A stretch of DNA of 64,000 nucleotides. It comes from Candidatus Zixiibacteriota bacterium. GTDB lineage: Bacteria; Zixibacteria; MSB-5A5; UBA10806. The DNA lies in NCBI GenBank assembly GCA_020348065.1, contig CP070742.1, positions 1,765,721 through 1,829,720 of the forward strand, given 5' to 3'. Below are positions 40,246 to 50,280 of the stretch, piece by piece. A program made the translations under genes and the position numbers. The notes below the pieces were generated by a model. It ran no database searches, was not told where the DNA came from, and was given only the letters and a program-made list of their open reading frames with translations. The stretch's first letter is position 1. Every line of letters begins with the position of its first letter.

Positions 40246-40261
40246 CCCGACGCTTTTCGGG
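40246..40261 (+). promoter_or_regulatory. Leader hairpin with a PyrR-box-like loop (candidate anti-antiterminator)
   Basis: CCCGA-CGCTTT-TCGGG stem-loop preceded by AGUCCCGA, which matches the first 8 positions of the PyrR binding consensus ARUCCNGNGAGG. Confidence 0.3.
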
Positions 40262-40308
40262 CGCAAGTATAATAATGATGATAAAGATCGCTTTAAAATT
40301 CCGATTGG

Positions 40309-40332
40309 TCCGCCAGATGGCGGATTTTTTTT
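40309..40332 (+). terminator. Intrinsic terminator/attenuator in the pyrR leader
   Basis: TCCGCC-AGAT-GGCGGA followed by eight T, 40 nt upstream of the pyrR start. Confidence 0.6.
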
Positions 40333-40370
40333 GCCGAAAACGTCTCACGACTGATAATAACGGAGGTTAA

Positions 40371-40928
40371 ATGGCGAAAAATATGACGGTAAAGGTGATG
40401 TCCGATAAATCGATCTCGCTCGCTCTCAATAGAATCGCCCATGAAATAATCGAGAAAAATAAAGGCGTTGACGATGTCGTAATTGTCGGCATCAGGACCG
40501 GCGGCGCCGTTCTCGCCGATCGGTTGAAAAAAATCCTGGATGGGATTTGTGACGCCGATGTATCTGTCGGCATAATCGATATCACCCTCTACCGTGATGA
40601 TATCCAGGTCAAGCTCGATCAGCCTCTGGTTCAGAAAACCGAAATCCTGTTCGATCTCGTAGATAAAGTGGTTGTCCTCGTTGATGACGTCCTTTATACG
40701 GGAAGGACGGTTAGAGCGGCGCTGGATGCAATAGTCGATTTCGGACGTCCCCGGGCGATACAGCTCGCCATTCTCGTGGATCGTGGCCATAGAGAACTCC
40801 CCATTCGCGCCGATTATGCCGGGAAAGAGATCCCTACATCTAAGTCCGAGAGAGTTGAAGTCCATCTTAAAGAAATTAGCGGTAAGGACGAGGTGATCAT
40901 AGATAGAAGCGGCAGGGGCGGGGTATGA
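40371..40928 (+). CDS. pyrR: Pyrimidine operon regulator / uracil phosphoribosyltransferase PyrR
   Basis: 185 aa PRTase fold with VVLVDDVLYTGRT PRPP-binding motif; upstream of pyrB. Confidence 0.9.
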   Translation: MAKNMTVKVMSDKSISLALNRIAHEIIEKNKGVDDVVIVGIRTGGAVLADRLKKILDGICDADVSVGIIDITLYRDDIQVKLDQPLVQKTEILFDLVDKVVVLVDDVLYTGRTVRAALDAIVDFGRPRAIQLAILVDRGHRELPIRADYAGKEIPTSKSERVEVHLKEISGKDEVIIDRSGRGGV

Positions 40929-41863
40929 GCCTGAAAATCCATCATCTGCTCGGCCTTGAAGGAGTGTCGGCCGATGATATCCGTTTGATACTCGATACGG
41001 CCGTCTCTTTCAAAGAAATCCTCGCCAGGAAAATCCCCAAGGTGCCGACATTGAGAGGAACCACTGTCGCAAATCTCTTCTATGAACCGTCAACACGAAC
41101 AAGGTTTTCGTTTGAGCTCGCCGAAAAAAGATTATCCGCCGACACCATTAATTTTACGACCTCCGGGTCATCCGTCGCAAAAGGCGAATCGCTGAAAGAT
41201 ACGGTGTGGAATATAGAGGCCATGAAGATCGATATCGTCGTAATTCGTCATTCGGCATCAGGCGCTCCTCATTATCTCGCTACTTGCTGCAAATCCACTG
41301 TTATCAACGCCGGCGACGGCGCCCACGAACATCCCACCCAGGGGCTTCTCGATATGTACACCATGAGGGAAAAATACGGTAAACTCCAGGGATTGAAAGT
41401 AGTGATCGTCGGCGATATCAAGCATTCCCGCGTCGCCAGATCGAATATCTGGGGTCTTCTGACCATGGGGGCTAAGGTGGCTGTCTGCGGGCCGCCCACC
41501 TTGTTGCCGGTTGAAATGGAGAAGTTCGGTGTCGAGGTTCACGATGATCTCGACGAGGCGTTAAGGGGAGCCGATATAGTAAATATCTTAAGGCTTCAAA
41601 AGGAAAGACAGAAGACGGGCCTGCTGCCGTCTCTGAGAGAATACAGCCGCTATTACGGAATAACCAGAGATAGGCTCGATTTACTGAATGATAATTTCAC
41701 CATCATGCATCCGGGACCAATGAATCGCGGAGTTGAAATATCCTCGGAGGTCGCCGAGGGCCCGTATTCAGTCATACTTCCTCAGGTAACAAATGGCGTG
41801 GCGGTCAGAATGGCGGTTTTATACCTGCTTTCCGGTGGAAAGGGCAAAGTCGATGAAGAATGA
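40925..41863 (+). CDS. pyrB: Aspartate carbamoyltransferase catalytic subunit
   Basis: STRTR carbamoyl-phosphate motif (EPSTRTRFSF) and HPGP (IMHPGP). Confidence 0.9.
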   Translation: MSLKIHHLLGLEGVSADDIRLILDTAVSFKEILARKIPKVPTLRGTTVANLFYEPSTRTRFSFELAEKRLSADTINFTTSGSSVAKGESLKDTVWNIEAMKIDIVVIRHSASGAPHYLATCCKSTVINAGDGAHEHPTQGLLDMYTMREKYGKLQGLKVVIVGDIKHSRVARSNIWGLLTMGAKVAVCGPPTLLPVEMEKFGVEVHDDLDEALRGADIVNILRLQKERQKTGLLPSLREYSRYYGITRDRLDLLNDNFTIMHPGPMNRGVEISSEVAEGPYSVILPQVTNGVAVRMAVLYLLSGGKGKVDEE

Positions 41864-43139
41864 TATGGTGCTTGCGGGCGGAAAGATAGTCGATCCGGCA
41901 ACCGGTTATTTCGGTCCGGCCACCGTCTTTATTTCTGACGGTAAGATCGAGAAAGTGGAAAAACGCAAAAAAAGCAAAATCGCAGGGGGCAATGTAATAA
42001 AACTTGACGGCAAGATTATCTGCCCCGGCTTTATCGACATGCACGTTCATCTCCGCGAACCGGGAGATGAGGACGAGGAAACCATAATTTCCGGAAGCGA
42101 GGCCGCGGCCGCCGGTGGATTTACGTCCATCGCCTGCATGCCCAATACCAAACCGCCCCTCGATGACGCCGGCGCCATCGAGTATGTAAACAATCGCGCC
42201 CTGCTCGCTCCCGTAAAAGTCTATCCGGTAGGGGCGGTTACGGTCGGACAGAAAGGCGATACTCTAACCGAGATGATGGAGATGTCGGCATGCGGAGCCG
42301 TGGCTTTTTCGGATGATGGATCCGGTGTGCAAAATAATGATATGATGAGACGAGCCCTGGAATATTCCAAAACCTGCGGAGTTCCCGTCATATCTCATTG
42401 CGAATATTCCGACCTCACCGCCTCGGGAGTAATGCACGAAGGTTTTATCTCGAGCAAACTCGGGATGAAGGGAATTCCGGCCATTGCCGAAGAGCTTATG
42501 GTGATGCGCGAAATCATGCTGGCATCCCTTACCGGGGCCAGAGTGCATATCGCTCATGTTTCCACTGCCGGATCGGTTGATCTTATTAGAAAAGCCAAAA
42601 AATCGAAAGTGCCCGTAACTGCCGAGGTCACCCCGCATCATTTCTCAATGACCGATGAGCTCATTAATTCTTTCGATACCAATCTAAAGGTTAATCCCCC
42701 GTTGAGAACCAAAAACGATGTCGACGCCGTTATAAAGGGACTCGCGGACGGCGCTATCGATTGCGTTGCCTCGGATCACGCGCCCCATTCTATTGAAGAT
42801 AAAGAGCTTGAATTCGACTACGCTCCCTTCGGGCTGATCGGATTGGAAACGGCACTGGGGCTGGTTATAACTAAGCTTATCAATGAGAAAATCTTAACCT
42901 GGGTAGAGGTGGTGGATCGAATGTCCGCCGCGCCCGCCAGGATTCTCGATATCCCCGGAGGAATCCTCAACGAAGGCGAGCCCGCCGATATTACCGTCAT
43001 AGATCCCGAACTCGAATGGATAGTCAATCCCAACGATTTTAAATCCCTCTCCCGCAATACTCCCTTCGCCGGGTGGCAGCTCAAGGGCAAAGCGGTGATG
43101 ACCATAGTTGACGGCAATATTGTCTATTCATTAATATAA
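41853..43139 (+). CDS. pyrC: Dihydroorotase (or DHOase-like)
   Basis: DMHVHLREPG metal-binding motif and ASDHAPH. Start set at the ATG overlapping the pyrB end (MKNDMVLAGG); the track start at 41793 lies inside pyrB. Confidence 0.85.
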   Translation: MKNDMVLAGGKIVDPATGYFGPATVFISDGKIEKVEKRKKSKIAGGNVIKLDGKIICPGFIDMHVHLREPGDEDEETIISGSEAAAAGGFTSIACMPNTKPPLDDAGAIEYVNNRALLAPVKVYPVGAVTVGQKGDTLTEMMEMSACGAVAFSDDGSGVQNNDMMRRALEYSKTCGVPVISHCEYSDLTASGVMHEGFISSKLGMKGIPAIAEELMVMREIMLASLTGARVHIAHVSTAGSVDLIRKAKKSKVPVTAEVTPHHFSMTDELINSFDTNLKVNPPLRTKNDVDAVIKGLADGAIDCVASDHAPHSIEDKELEFDYAPFGLIGLETALGLVITKLINEKILTWVEVVDRMSAAPARILDIPGGILNEGEPADITVIDPELEWIVNPNDFKSLSRNTPFAGWQLKGKAVMTIVDGNIVYSLI

Positions 43140-43141
43140 AA

Positions 43142-43564
43142 ATGCCTGTCTACCGCGATAAAATAAAGCTCTCCACCTCCGGCTACTGCGATATCCATGA
43201 TATCACCGCCGAAGTTTCCGGAATCCTGAAAAAATCGGGCCTCAACCAGGGAATCTGCTGTGTCGCCGCCGTGGGCTCCACCTCCGCGGTCAGCACAATC
43301 GAGTTCGAGCCCGGGCTTCTAAAAGATATCCCCAGATTTTTCGAATCCCTTTTGCCTGACGATGTTCCCTATGAGCACGATAAAACCTGGGGCGACGGCA
43401 ACGGTTTCTCTCATATGCGGTCGTTCCTGCTGAAAACCTCCGCCTCCATACCGTTCAATGACGGCAAACTCGACCTGGGTACCTGGCAGCAGATCGTATA
43501 TCTCGATTTCGATAACAGATCGAGACGCCGGGAAATAACAGTGCAACTGGTCGGCGAAAAGTGA
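43142..43564 (+). CDS. yjbQ: YjbQ/UPF0047 family protein (secondary thiamine-phosphate synthase-like)
   Basis: 140 aa; PYEHDKTWGDGNGFSHMRSFLL and NDGKLDLGTWQQIVYLDFD match UPF0047. Confidence 0.75.
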   Translation: MPVYRDKIKLSTSGYCDIHDITAEVSGILKKSGLNQGICCVAAVGSTSAVSTIEFEPGLLKDIPRFFESLLPDDVPYEHDKTWGDGNGFSHMRSFLLKTSASIPFNDGKLDLGTWQQIVYLDFDNRSRRREITVQLVGEK

Positions 43565-44556
43565 ATATCTCCGAGAAATTGGGCTTTACACATATCGAAT
43601 GGGTCGATGATCACCTCGTGGTTCTGGATCAGCGAAAATTACCGTTAAGCGAAGAATATTTTCATATCAGGACCATTGATGGCGCTTTTTACGCCATTCA
43701 AAACCTGGTTGTCAGGGGCGCCCCTTTAATCGGGATAACCGCCGCCTACGCCTTATGCCTGATCGAAAATCATGAAGATCGCGATTCTTTTTTCGTTACA
43801 TGCGAAACTCTTAAATCCGCCCGTCCCACGGCCGTGAATCTATCCTGGGCCGTCAATCGAATGATAAATGCTTATGAATCCCACGTGGGAGATGAAAATC
43901 TGGAAAGGATTTTACTGGATGAAGCGGCAAAGATTCACCGGGAAGACTCGAAAATGTGTGAGTCGATTGGCCTGCATGGGAATAAGATAATTCCCGATGA
44001 ATGCCGGATATTAACCCATTGCAACGCCGGCGCCCTGGCCACTGGCGGCATAGGGACCGCACTGGGTGTGATTTATACCGCGTTTTTCTCCGGCAAAATG
44101 ATCGAGGTCTGGGTGGATGAGACCAGGCCGGTTTTCCAGGGAGCGAGGCTGACTGCCTGGGAGCTTGCCAGAGCCGGCGTTCCGCATACTCTCATTAGCG
44201 ATAACGCATCCGGCAAGTTAATGTCCGAAAACAGGATAAATCTGGTAATCGTGGGGGCCGACAGGGTAGCCAAAAACCTCGATTTCGCCAATAAAATAGG
44301 CACCTATAATCTGGCGGTACTGGCTCGTTATCATAATATTCCCTTCTACTGTGCGGCGCCAACATCGACATTCGATCTGAATTGTCCCGACGGCGGTTCC
44401 ATAGAGATTGAGAATCGGAGCGCCGATGAGATCCGCAATGTATTCGGCGCCCGGATATCTCTTCCGGCGACGCCTGCGTATAATCCCGCCTTTGATATCA
44501 CTCCCAATAGTCTGCTGACCGGCATGATTACTGAAAACGGGATTTTAACCCCCTGA
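43561..44556 (+). CDS. mtnA: S-methyl-5-thioribose-1-phosphate isomerase (eIF2B-like family)
   Basis: 331 aa; VVRGAPLIGITAAYAL, THCNAGALAT and IVGADRVA motifs. Confidence 0.8.
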   Translation: MNISEKLGFTHIEWVDDHLVVLDQRKLPLSEEYFHIRTIDGAFYAIQNLVVRGAPLIGITAAYALCLIENHEDRDSFFVTCETLKSARPTAVNLSWAVNRMINAYESHVGDENLERILLDEAAKIHREDSKMCESIGLHGNKIIPDECRILTHCNAGALATGGIGTALGVIYTAFFSGKMIEVWVDETRPVFQGARLTAWELARAGVPHTLISDNASGKLMSENRINLVIVGADRVAKNLDFANKIGTYNLAVLARYHNIPFYCAAPTSTFDLNCPDGGSIEIENRSADEIRNVFGARISLPATPAYNPAFDITPNSLLTGMITENGILTP

Positions 44557-44711
44557 ATTTAGATAAGTTGACCGTAACCTCAGGAAATATGACGGGTTAT
44601 CTCTAATGTTTATAATGGATCTGTCGAAGAAGAATTATAAGAAAATGATCCCGGCACGCAATAATGCCCGGATTTGCCAAAATGAACGTCGAAATTCGGG
44701 AAGATAACCTG

Positions 44712-44739
44712 ATGATTTCTCTTGACATATCGAAACTGC
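44712..44739 (+). promoter_or_regulatory. Candidate promoter of rplM-rpsI
   Basis: TTGACA-N16-TAAATT, about 55 nt upstream of rplM. Confidence 0.4.
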
Positions 44740-44794
44740 CATTTAAATTAAAAGGTTTATAAAATTTGGAAAACCTGGCCTTAATGGAGCCGTA

Positions 44795-45229
44795 ATGAAT
44801 TCGAAGACTTTTGTACCAAATCAGGATCGCCGGAAACAGGAATGGTATCTAATTGATGCCGAGGGCAAGGTCCTGGGCCGTTTAGCCTCCCGAATTGCCG
44901 GTTTGATAAGGGGCAAAAACAACCCGCTTTTCACTCCCCATCTCGATATGGGATCGTTTGTGGTCGTTATCAATGCCGAAAAGGTGGTTTTAAGCGGTAA
45001 AAAATGGAATACGAAAAAATATTATTCTTATTCGGGATATCCGGGCGGTCTTAAAGAAATCCCGGTGTTGCGTCTTTTGGAAAAACATCCCGAGAGAATT
45101 ATCGAGAAAGCTGTTAAAGGTATGCTTCCTCACAACAGGCTGGGAAGACGCCTTAACAAGAAATTGTTTGTGTACGCGGGTGTTGAACACCCTCATCAGG
45201 CGCAGAAGCCTGAAAAAATAGATATTTGA
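44795..45229 (+). CDS. rplM: 50S ribosomal protein L13
   Basis: 144 aa; [17 protein letters not shown]-terminus. Confidence 0.95.
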   Translation: MNSKTFVPNQDRRKQEWYLIDAEGKVLGRLASRIAGLIRGKNNPLFTPHLDMGSFVVVINAEKVVLSGKKWNTKKYYSYSGYPGGLKEIPVLRLLEKHPERIIEKAVKGMLPHNRLGRRLNKKLFVYAGVEHPHQAQKPEKIDI

Positions 45230-45250
45230 CAATAACCATCCGGAGGTAAC

Positions 45251-45643
45251 TTGGCAGACGGTCAATTCGCCGCGACGGGACGCAGAAAGAACTCGGTAGC
45301 CAGAGTAACACTCAAAAACGGCAGCGGTACCATAATAGTAAATGGAAAGGATTTGAAATCATACCTTTGCCGGGACACATTGGTCATTCACGCTTTGAAA
45401 CCGCTTGATGCGGCCGAATTGATGGGCAAAATCGATGTCAAGTGTGATGTCGGCGGCGGCGGGCTGACCGGTCAGGCTGGAGCCATAAGACTTGGTATCG
45501 CAAGAGCTTTAACAGAATATGACCCGGAACTACGCGGGCTTTTAAAAAAGAACGGATTGCTTACGCGCGACCCCCGTATGGTGGAACGCAAGAAATACGG
45601 CCTGGTTAAGGCGCGCAAACGCTTCCAGTTCTCTAAGAGATAA
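45251..45643 (+). CDS. rpsI: 30S ribosomal protein S9
   Basis: 130 aa ending [11 protein letters not shown]; TTG start with GGAGG RBS. Confidence 0.95.
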   Translation: MADGQFAATGRRKNSVARVTLKNGSGTIIVNGKDLKSYLCRDTLVIHALKPLDAAELMGKIDVKCDVGGGGLTGQAGAIRLGIARALTEYDPELRGLLKKNGLLTRDPRMVERKKYGLVKARKRFQFSKR

Positions 45644-45739
45644 TTATCTAACGACGCACATCGGCGGACTCAGGATGCGGTCTCCCGCTTATACAGGGAG
45701 TCATCCGGGGAATGAAACCGGTGGAGGAGAAACCGGCAC

Positions 45740-46498
45740 ATGTCAAATTTAACAGTCAAGGATCTGCTTGAATCGGGGGTTCACTTTGGTCATCAGACCA
45801 GAAGATGGAACCCCAAAATGAAAAAATTCATTTTTACCTCTAAAAACGGCATATACATCATCGACCTGAACAAAACTCTTCTATCGCTTAACCGGGCCTG
45901 TCAGAAAGTCCGCGAGGTTGTAGAGGATGGCGGGAAAATCCTGTTTGTCGGCACCAAAAAACAGGCAAAAGACGTTATAAAAAGCCAGGCTCAGCGATCG
46001 GATCAGTTTTATGTTATCGAAAGATGGCTGGGCGGCATGCTCACAAATTTCATGACTATAAAGAATAACGTCAAGAGGTTGAAAGACATAGAGAGGATGA
46101 AAGAGGAAGGTATATTCGAGAAAATAACCAAAAAAGAGGTCGGCAAACTCGAAAAAGAAGCCTCCCGCCTTGAGAAATTCCTTTCGGGTATCCGCGAAAT
46201 GTACACGCTTCCCAAACTGGTCTTTGTGGTGGACACTAAAAAAGAAAGAATTGCCGTGGCCGAGGCGAACATCCTGAAAATTCCGGTTATCGGTATAATA
46301 GATACCAACTCCGATCCGGATCCTATCAATTATCCTCTGGCGGCCAACGATGATGCCATCAAATCGATTTCGATAATAACCAGGGCTATTGCGGACGCCG
46401 CAGTAGAAGGTCAGCAGAAAGTTGGAGTAGAGGAAATGGAAACCGGACCCGAAAAAGCTGAAACGGTAAAATCTGATGACAGCAGGGAGACGGAATAG
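45740..46498 (+). CDS. rpsB: 30S ribosomal protein S2
   Basis: LLESGVHFGHQTRRWNPKM N-terminus. Confidence 0.95.
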   Translation: MSNLTVKDLLESGVHFGHQTRRWNPKMKKFIFTSKNGIYIIDLNKTLLSLNRACQKVREVVEDGGKILFVGTKKQAKDVIKSQAQRSDQFYVIERWLGGMLTNFMTIKNNVKRLKDIERMKEEGIFEKITKKEVGKLEKEASRLEKFLSGIREMYTLPKLVFVVDTKKERIAVAEANILKIPVIGIIDTNSDPDPINYPLAANDDAIKSISIITRAIADAAVEGQQKVGVEEMETGPEKAETVKSDDSRETE

Positions 46499-47092
46499 AT
46501 GGAAATTTCTGCCAAACAGGTTAAAGAGCTGAGAGAGACTTCCGGCGCCGGAATGATGGATTGCAAGAAAGCTTTACTCGAATCGGACGGTGATATGGAA
46601 AAAGCGGTTGCGTTTTTGCGCAAGCAGGGGCTTTTGAAGGCCGCGAAAAAGGCCGACCGCACTGCAAATGAAGGTATAATTTATTCGTATATACATCCCG
46701 GCAACAAGCTTGGAGTCCTGGTCGAAATAAATTGCGAAACCGATTTTGTGGCCAGAACCGAGGATTTTCAGAATTTCGCCAAAGATATAGCCATGCAGGT
46801 CGCCGCCGCCAGTCCGCTGGTTGTCGAAAGAGGTCAGCTTGATCCCACTCTGGTGGAAAAAGAAAAAGAAATATACAGAACTCAGGCTCTCGGAGAAGGT
46901 AAGCCGGAAAAGGTGATCGAGAAAATAGTGAACGGACGGCTGGAAAAATATTATCAGGAGGTCGTGCTTCTCGATCAACCGTTTATTAAAGACCAGGATC
47001 TATTTGTTAAGGATCTGCTGACCAATGCCGTCGGGAAAATGGGCGAAAATATCAAAATAAAAAGGTTTGCGCGTTATAGATTGGGGGAATAA
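46499..47092 (+). CDS. tsf: Elongation factor Ts
   Basis: ISAKQVKELRETSGAGMMDCKKAL (UBA-like N-terminus). Confidence 0.9.
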   Translation: MEISAKQVKELRETSGAGMMDCKKALLESDGDMEKAVAFLRKQGLLKAAKKADRTANEGIIYSYIHPGNKLGVLVEINCETDFVARTEDFQNFAKDIAMQVAAASPLVVERGQLDPTLVEKEKEIYRTQALGEGKPEKVIEKIVNGRLEKYYQEVVLLDQPFIKDQDLFVKDLLTNAVGKMGENIKIKRFARYRLGE

Positions 47093-47851
47093 TTGGGTCC
47101 CTCTCCAAAATCAAAATCATCTCTCAAAAGGCTTTCTCCTGAAGTTAAGTATAAGAGAATACTCTTAAAACTGTCGGGCGAAGTTCTCATGGGGGGGAAA
47201 TCGGGAAAAGCCCTCGATGATAGAACCCTGGGGAGTATAGCGGGGCAAATAAAAGAGGTCGTTGATCTGGGAGTGCAGGTTGGCGTTGTCATAGGGGGCG
47301 GTAACATCTTCCGCGGCCTGGAGGCTGCGGCAGGCGGCATGGATCGCGTCAGCGCCGATTTCATGGGGATGCTGGCAACGGTGATCAATTCTCTCGCCAT
47401 GCAGGAATACCTTGAAAAACGTCATACCTTCACCCGGGTTTTAACCGCCATCGAGATGGCGGAGGTGGCGGAACCTTTTATCAGAAGGCGCGCCGTAAGA
47501 CACCTCGAAAAAGGAAGAGTGGTCATATTTGCGGGAGGAACCGGCAATCCCTATTTTACCACCGATACCGCGGCGGCCCTGAGAGCCAGTGAAGTGGGCG
47601 CTGAAATTATTCTCAAGGGAACCAAGGTGGACGGTGTCTATGACAGCGATCCCGTCAAAAATAAAAAAGCAAAAAAATACGACAGGGTATCTTATCTGGA
47701 CGTACTGAATAAGGGTCTGAAGGTCATGGACGCCACCGCAATTTCCCTGTGTATGGATAATAAAATCCCCATAGCCGTTTTTAATCTTTATGAAAAAGGG
47801 AATTTGCTTCGTATAATTAATGGAGAGAAGATCGGAACCTTAGTTGCATAA
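47093..47851 (+). CDS. pyrH: UMP kinase
   Basis: [16 protein letters not shown] and [10 protein letters not shown] motifs. There is no in-frame ATG; the TTG at 47093 is preceded by GGGGGA inside the tsf 3' end. Confidence 0.85.
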   Translation: MGPSPKSKSSLKRLSPEVKYKRILLKLSGEVLMGGKSGKALDDRTLGSIAGQIKEVVDLGVQVGVVIGGGNIFRGLEAAAGGMDRVSADFMGMLATVINSLAMQEYLEKRHTFTRVLTAIEMAEVAEPFIRRRAVRHLEKGRVVIFAGGTGNPYFTTDTAAALRASEVGAEIILKGTKVDGVYDSDPVKNKKAKKYDRVSYLDVLNKGLKVMDATAISLCMDNKIPIAVFNLYEKGNLLRIINGEKIGTLVA

Positions 47852-47862
47852 GGCGGAAACTT

Positions 47863-48420
47863 ATGTTAAAAGAAAGCTACAATGAATGTAAAAAGAGAAT
47901 GGAGAAATCGCTTGAGTCCCTGGGCCGGGAACTCGCCGGGATAAGAACCGGGAAAGCGACAACTACAATACTCGATGGGATAAAGGTAGATTACTATGGC
48001 AATCCTGCGCCCCTTAAGCAGGTAGCGTCCATTTCGGCGCCCGATCCGAAGCTCCTCGTGGTTCAACCCTGGGAAAAAACCGTTATGCCCGATATAGTGA
48101 AAGCGATTCAAAAAGCGGATCTCGGATTGAACCCCGTAGCTGAAGCGAACGTAATTCGAATTCCGATACCTCCCCTCAATGAGGAAAGACGCAGGGAAAT
48201 GGTTAAGCTGGTCAAAAAATTCGGCGAGGACGGAAAAGTCTCGATTCGAAATGTTCGGCGGGATATCATAGAAAACCTGAAAAAAGCCCTGAAAGACTCC
48301 GAGATTACCGAGGACGAATTCCATCAGGGTCAGAAAAATATTCAGGACATTACCGACGAGCATATTACCAGGGTGGAGGAAATGGTTGAGGATAAGGAAA
48401 TGGAGGTAATGGAAGTTTAA
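47863..48420 (+). CDS. frr: Ribosome recycling factor
   Basis: 185 aa; GIRTGKATTTILDGIKVDYYG. Confidence 0.9.
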   Translation: MLKESYNECKKRMEKSLESLGRELAGIRTGKATTTILDGIKVDYYGNPAPLKQVASISAPDPKLLVVQPWEKTVMPDIVKAIQKADLGLNPVAEANVIRIPIPPLNEERRREMVKLVKKFGEDGKVSIRNVRRDIIENLKKALKDSEITEDEFHQGQKNIQDITDEHITRVEEMVEDKEMEVMEV

Positions 48421-48433
48421 CGGGCCGTATGCC

Positions 48434-49186
48434 ATGAATCCCGAGGAATTAAAATCTTCCGTAACAGCGGCGGGAAAACTGCCGGAGCACGTTGCCATAA
48501 TTATGGATGGCAATGGCCGATGGGCCAGAAAGCGCGGCCTGTTGCGCACTGCGGGCCATCGCGCCGGAGTGAAAACCGTCAAGAAAATAGTGCGAATCGC
48601 GGGAGATATCGGGCTCAAGTATCTCACCCTGTTTACTTTTTCCACCGAAAACTGGAAACGTCCCAAGGACGAGGTCTCTGCCATAATGAGGCTTCTGGAG
48701 CAGACTACCAAAAAGGAGCTTTCCGAACTTCTCGAAAATAATGTCAGGCTGATCGCCACGGGCAATATAGAAAACCTTCCGCCCAAAAAACGGGAGGTTT
48801 TGCTTGATGCTATAGAGCGCACCAGGAACAATACCGGATTGGTTTTAAATCTGGCCTTGAGCTACTCCGGCAGGGCCGAAATACTGCAGGCCATAAAAAA
48901 TATCACCACAGATTTATCCTCGAAAAAAATTTCCCCCGATGATATCAATGACGAGTTGTTTTCGTCCTACCTGCAAACCAACGGCCTGCCCGATCCCGAT
49001 CTTTTGATAAGAACATCGGGCGAAATGCGCATCTCTAATTTCCTGCTGTGGCAGACGGCCTACACCGAGCTTTATGTCACCGACGTTCTCTGGCCCGATT
49101 TCAGCGAGGATGATTTTCTAAAAGCCATAGCGGATTATCAACGTCGCGACAGACGGTTCGGAATGGTTTCGCCCTCCAAAAAATGA
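48434..49186 (+). CDS. uppS: Undecaprenyl pyrophosphate synthase
   Basis: HVAIIMDGNGRWA, plus the LIRTSGE region (FLLWQ). Confidence 0.9.
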   Translation: MNPEELKSSVTAAGKLPEHVAIIMDGNGRWARKRGLLRTAGHRAGVKTVKKIVRIAGDIGLKYLTLFTFSTENWKRPKDEVSAIMRLLEQTTKKELSELLENNVRLIATGNIENLPPKKREVLLDAIERTRNNTGLVLNLALSYSGRAEILQAIKNITTDLSSKKISPDDINDELFSSYLQTNGLPDPDLLIRTSGEMRISNFLLWQTAYTELYVTDVLWPDFSEDDFLKAIADYQRRDRRFGMVSPSKK

Positions 49187-49989
49187 GCAAGAATCTCGCT
49201 CAAAGACTTATCGTCGCCGCCATTGGAATCCCAGTATTGCTGTTTATAATTTATAGGGGAGGGTATTATCTCTATATTTTTTCTATGCTGGTCGCGGTAC
49301 TGGGCAGCTGGGAACTTGCCGCCATGTTTCTTTCGAAAAATATAGAGATAGGGAAACGGCTGGCCACGCTGTTGTCCATAACGGTGGTCTCGGTTTTTCA
49401 ATTTTCGACTTTCGGCGAAACCGGGCTGCTGATCATGTTTTTGCTGTTCTTTCTGGCGGCGTCGTTGAAGATGATCGAAACCGGAGTGGTCAATTACACC
49501 TCGAGACTGGCCACCGCTCTTCTGGCGGCGGTTTATCCCGGATTCTTCATCTCGTTCTCTATCCTGATTCACCGGAACTTCCCGTCGGGATGGCTCATAC
49601 TGCTTTTTATTTTTGTCAACATATGGCTGGCCGATACCTTCGCCTATGGATTCGGAAAATGGCTGGGATCCAAAAAACTCGCCCCCACCATCTCTCCCAA
49701 CAAAACCTGGGTCGGGTTTTTCGCCGCCTTCCCCGGAGGTTTCCTCACGGTCGCGGCGGTCTATTTTATCTTTAACAGCGAATGGAATACCCTCGCCTGG
49801 CTGGCGGCCAGCGTAACCGCCACCTTTTTCGGCCAGATAGGCGACCTGGTAGAATCGGCCGTCAAAAGAGATTGCGACGTTAAGGATTCGTCCAATCTCA
49901 TTCCCGGGCATGGCGGCGTGCTGGATCGTTTCGATTCGCTCCTTTTTGCCCTGCCGTCAGTCTATTTTGTCTTTAAAATCGCTTCCTGA
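49183..49989 (+). CDS. cdsA: Phosphatidate cytidylyltransferase
   Basis: Polytopic membrane protein with the CTP-transferase C-terminal signature SAVKRDCDVKDSSNLIPGHGGVLDRFDS. Confidence 0.85.
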   Translation: MSKNLAQRLIVAAIGIPVLLFIIYRGGYYLYIFSMLVAVLGSWELAAMFLSKNIEIGKRLATLLSITVVSVFQFSTFGETGLLIMFLLFFLAASLKMIETGVVNYTSRLATALLAAVYPGFFISFSILIHRNFPSGWLILLFIFVNIWLADTFAYGFGKWLGSKKLAPTISPNKTWVGFFAAFPGGFLTVAAVYFIFNSEWNTLAWLAASVTATFFGQIGDLVESAVKRDCDVKDSSNLIPGHGGVLDRFDSLLFALPSVYFVFKIAS

Positions 49990-50101
49990 ATATTTTTCGG
50001 TAGGGCTGATTGTAAATCAAGAAATCGTCATCGCGAGGACCCCGGCGCGGCCGGATAAACCGACCGCCTACGAAATAGCCTGATGTCCGGTGCTGGTGCC
50101 C

Positions 50102-50280
50102 CACCCAACGGGTGGGTCGTTCCCTTCCCTCCGTGTCGCAATTCATTGCGACCGCACCCTCTCAGTCATATTTCACTGGTTCCCAAGCGCCGCCTGGGAA
50201 CCATAACCGTTTGTTGTGTTTCGGGAACTATGATTCCCGAAACCGTCCCGCCGTAGATCAGGTCTCCCCAAGACCTGACA
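50102..50280 (+). other. Cluster of five distinct, perfectly paired inverted repeats (candidate structured RNA, terminator array or IS200/605-type hairpin element) in a 600-nt non-coding gap
   Basis: Hairpin 1: CCCACCC/GGGTGGG at 50102-50118. Hairpin 2: GTCGCAAT/ATTGCGAC at 50137-50154. Hairpin 3: GGTTCCCA/TGGGAACC at 50180-50204. Hairpin 4: GTTTCGGGAA/TTCCCGAAAC at 50220-50245. Hairpin 5: TCAGGTCT/AGACCTGA at 50260-50280. The only ORF here (50112-50312) is low-complexity. Confidence 0.5.

Noticed and set aside
44651-44690. GGCACG...TGC element resembling a sigma-54 -24/-12 promoter, considered as a possible target of the nearby enhancer-binding regulator
   Set aside because: The GG-to-GC spacing is 11 nt, not the required 10. 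No other intergenic region in the window has a correctly spaced TGGCAC-N5-TTGC motif.
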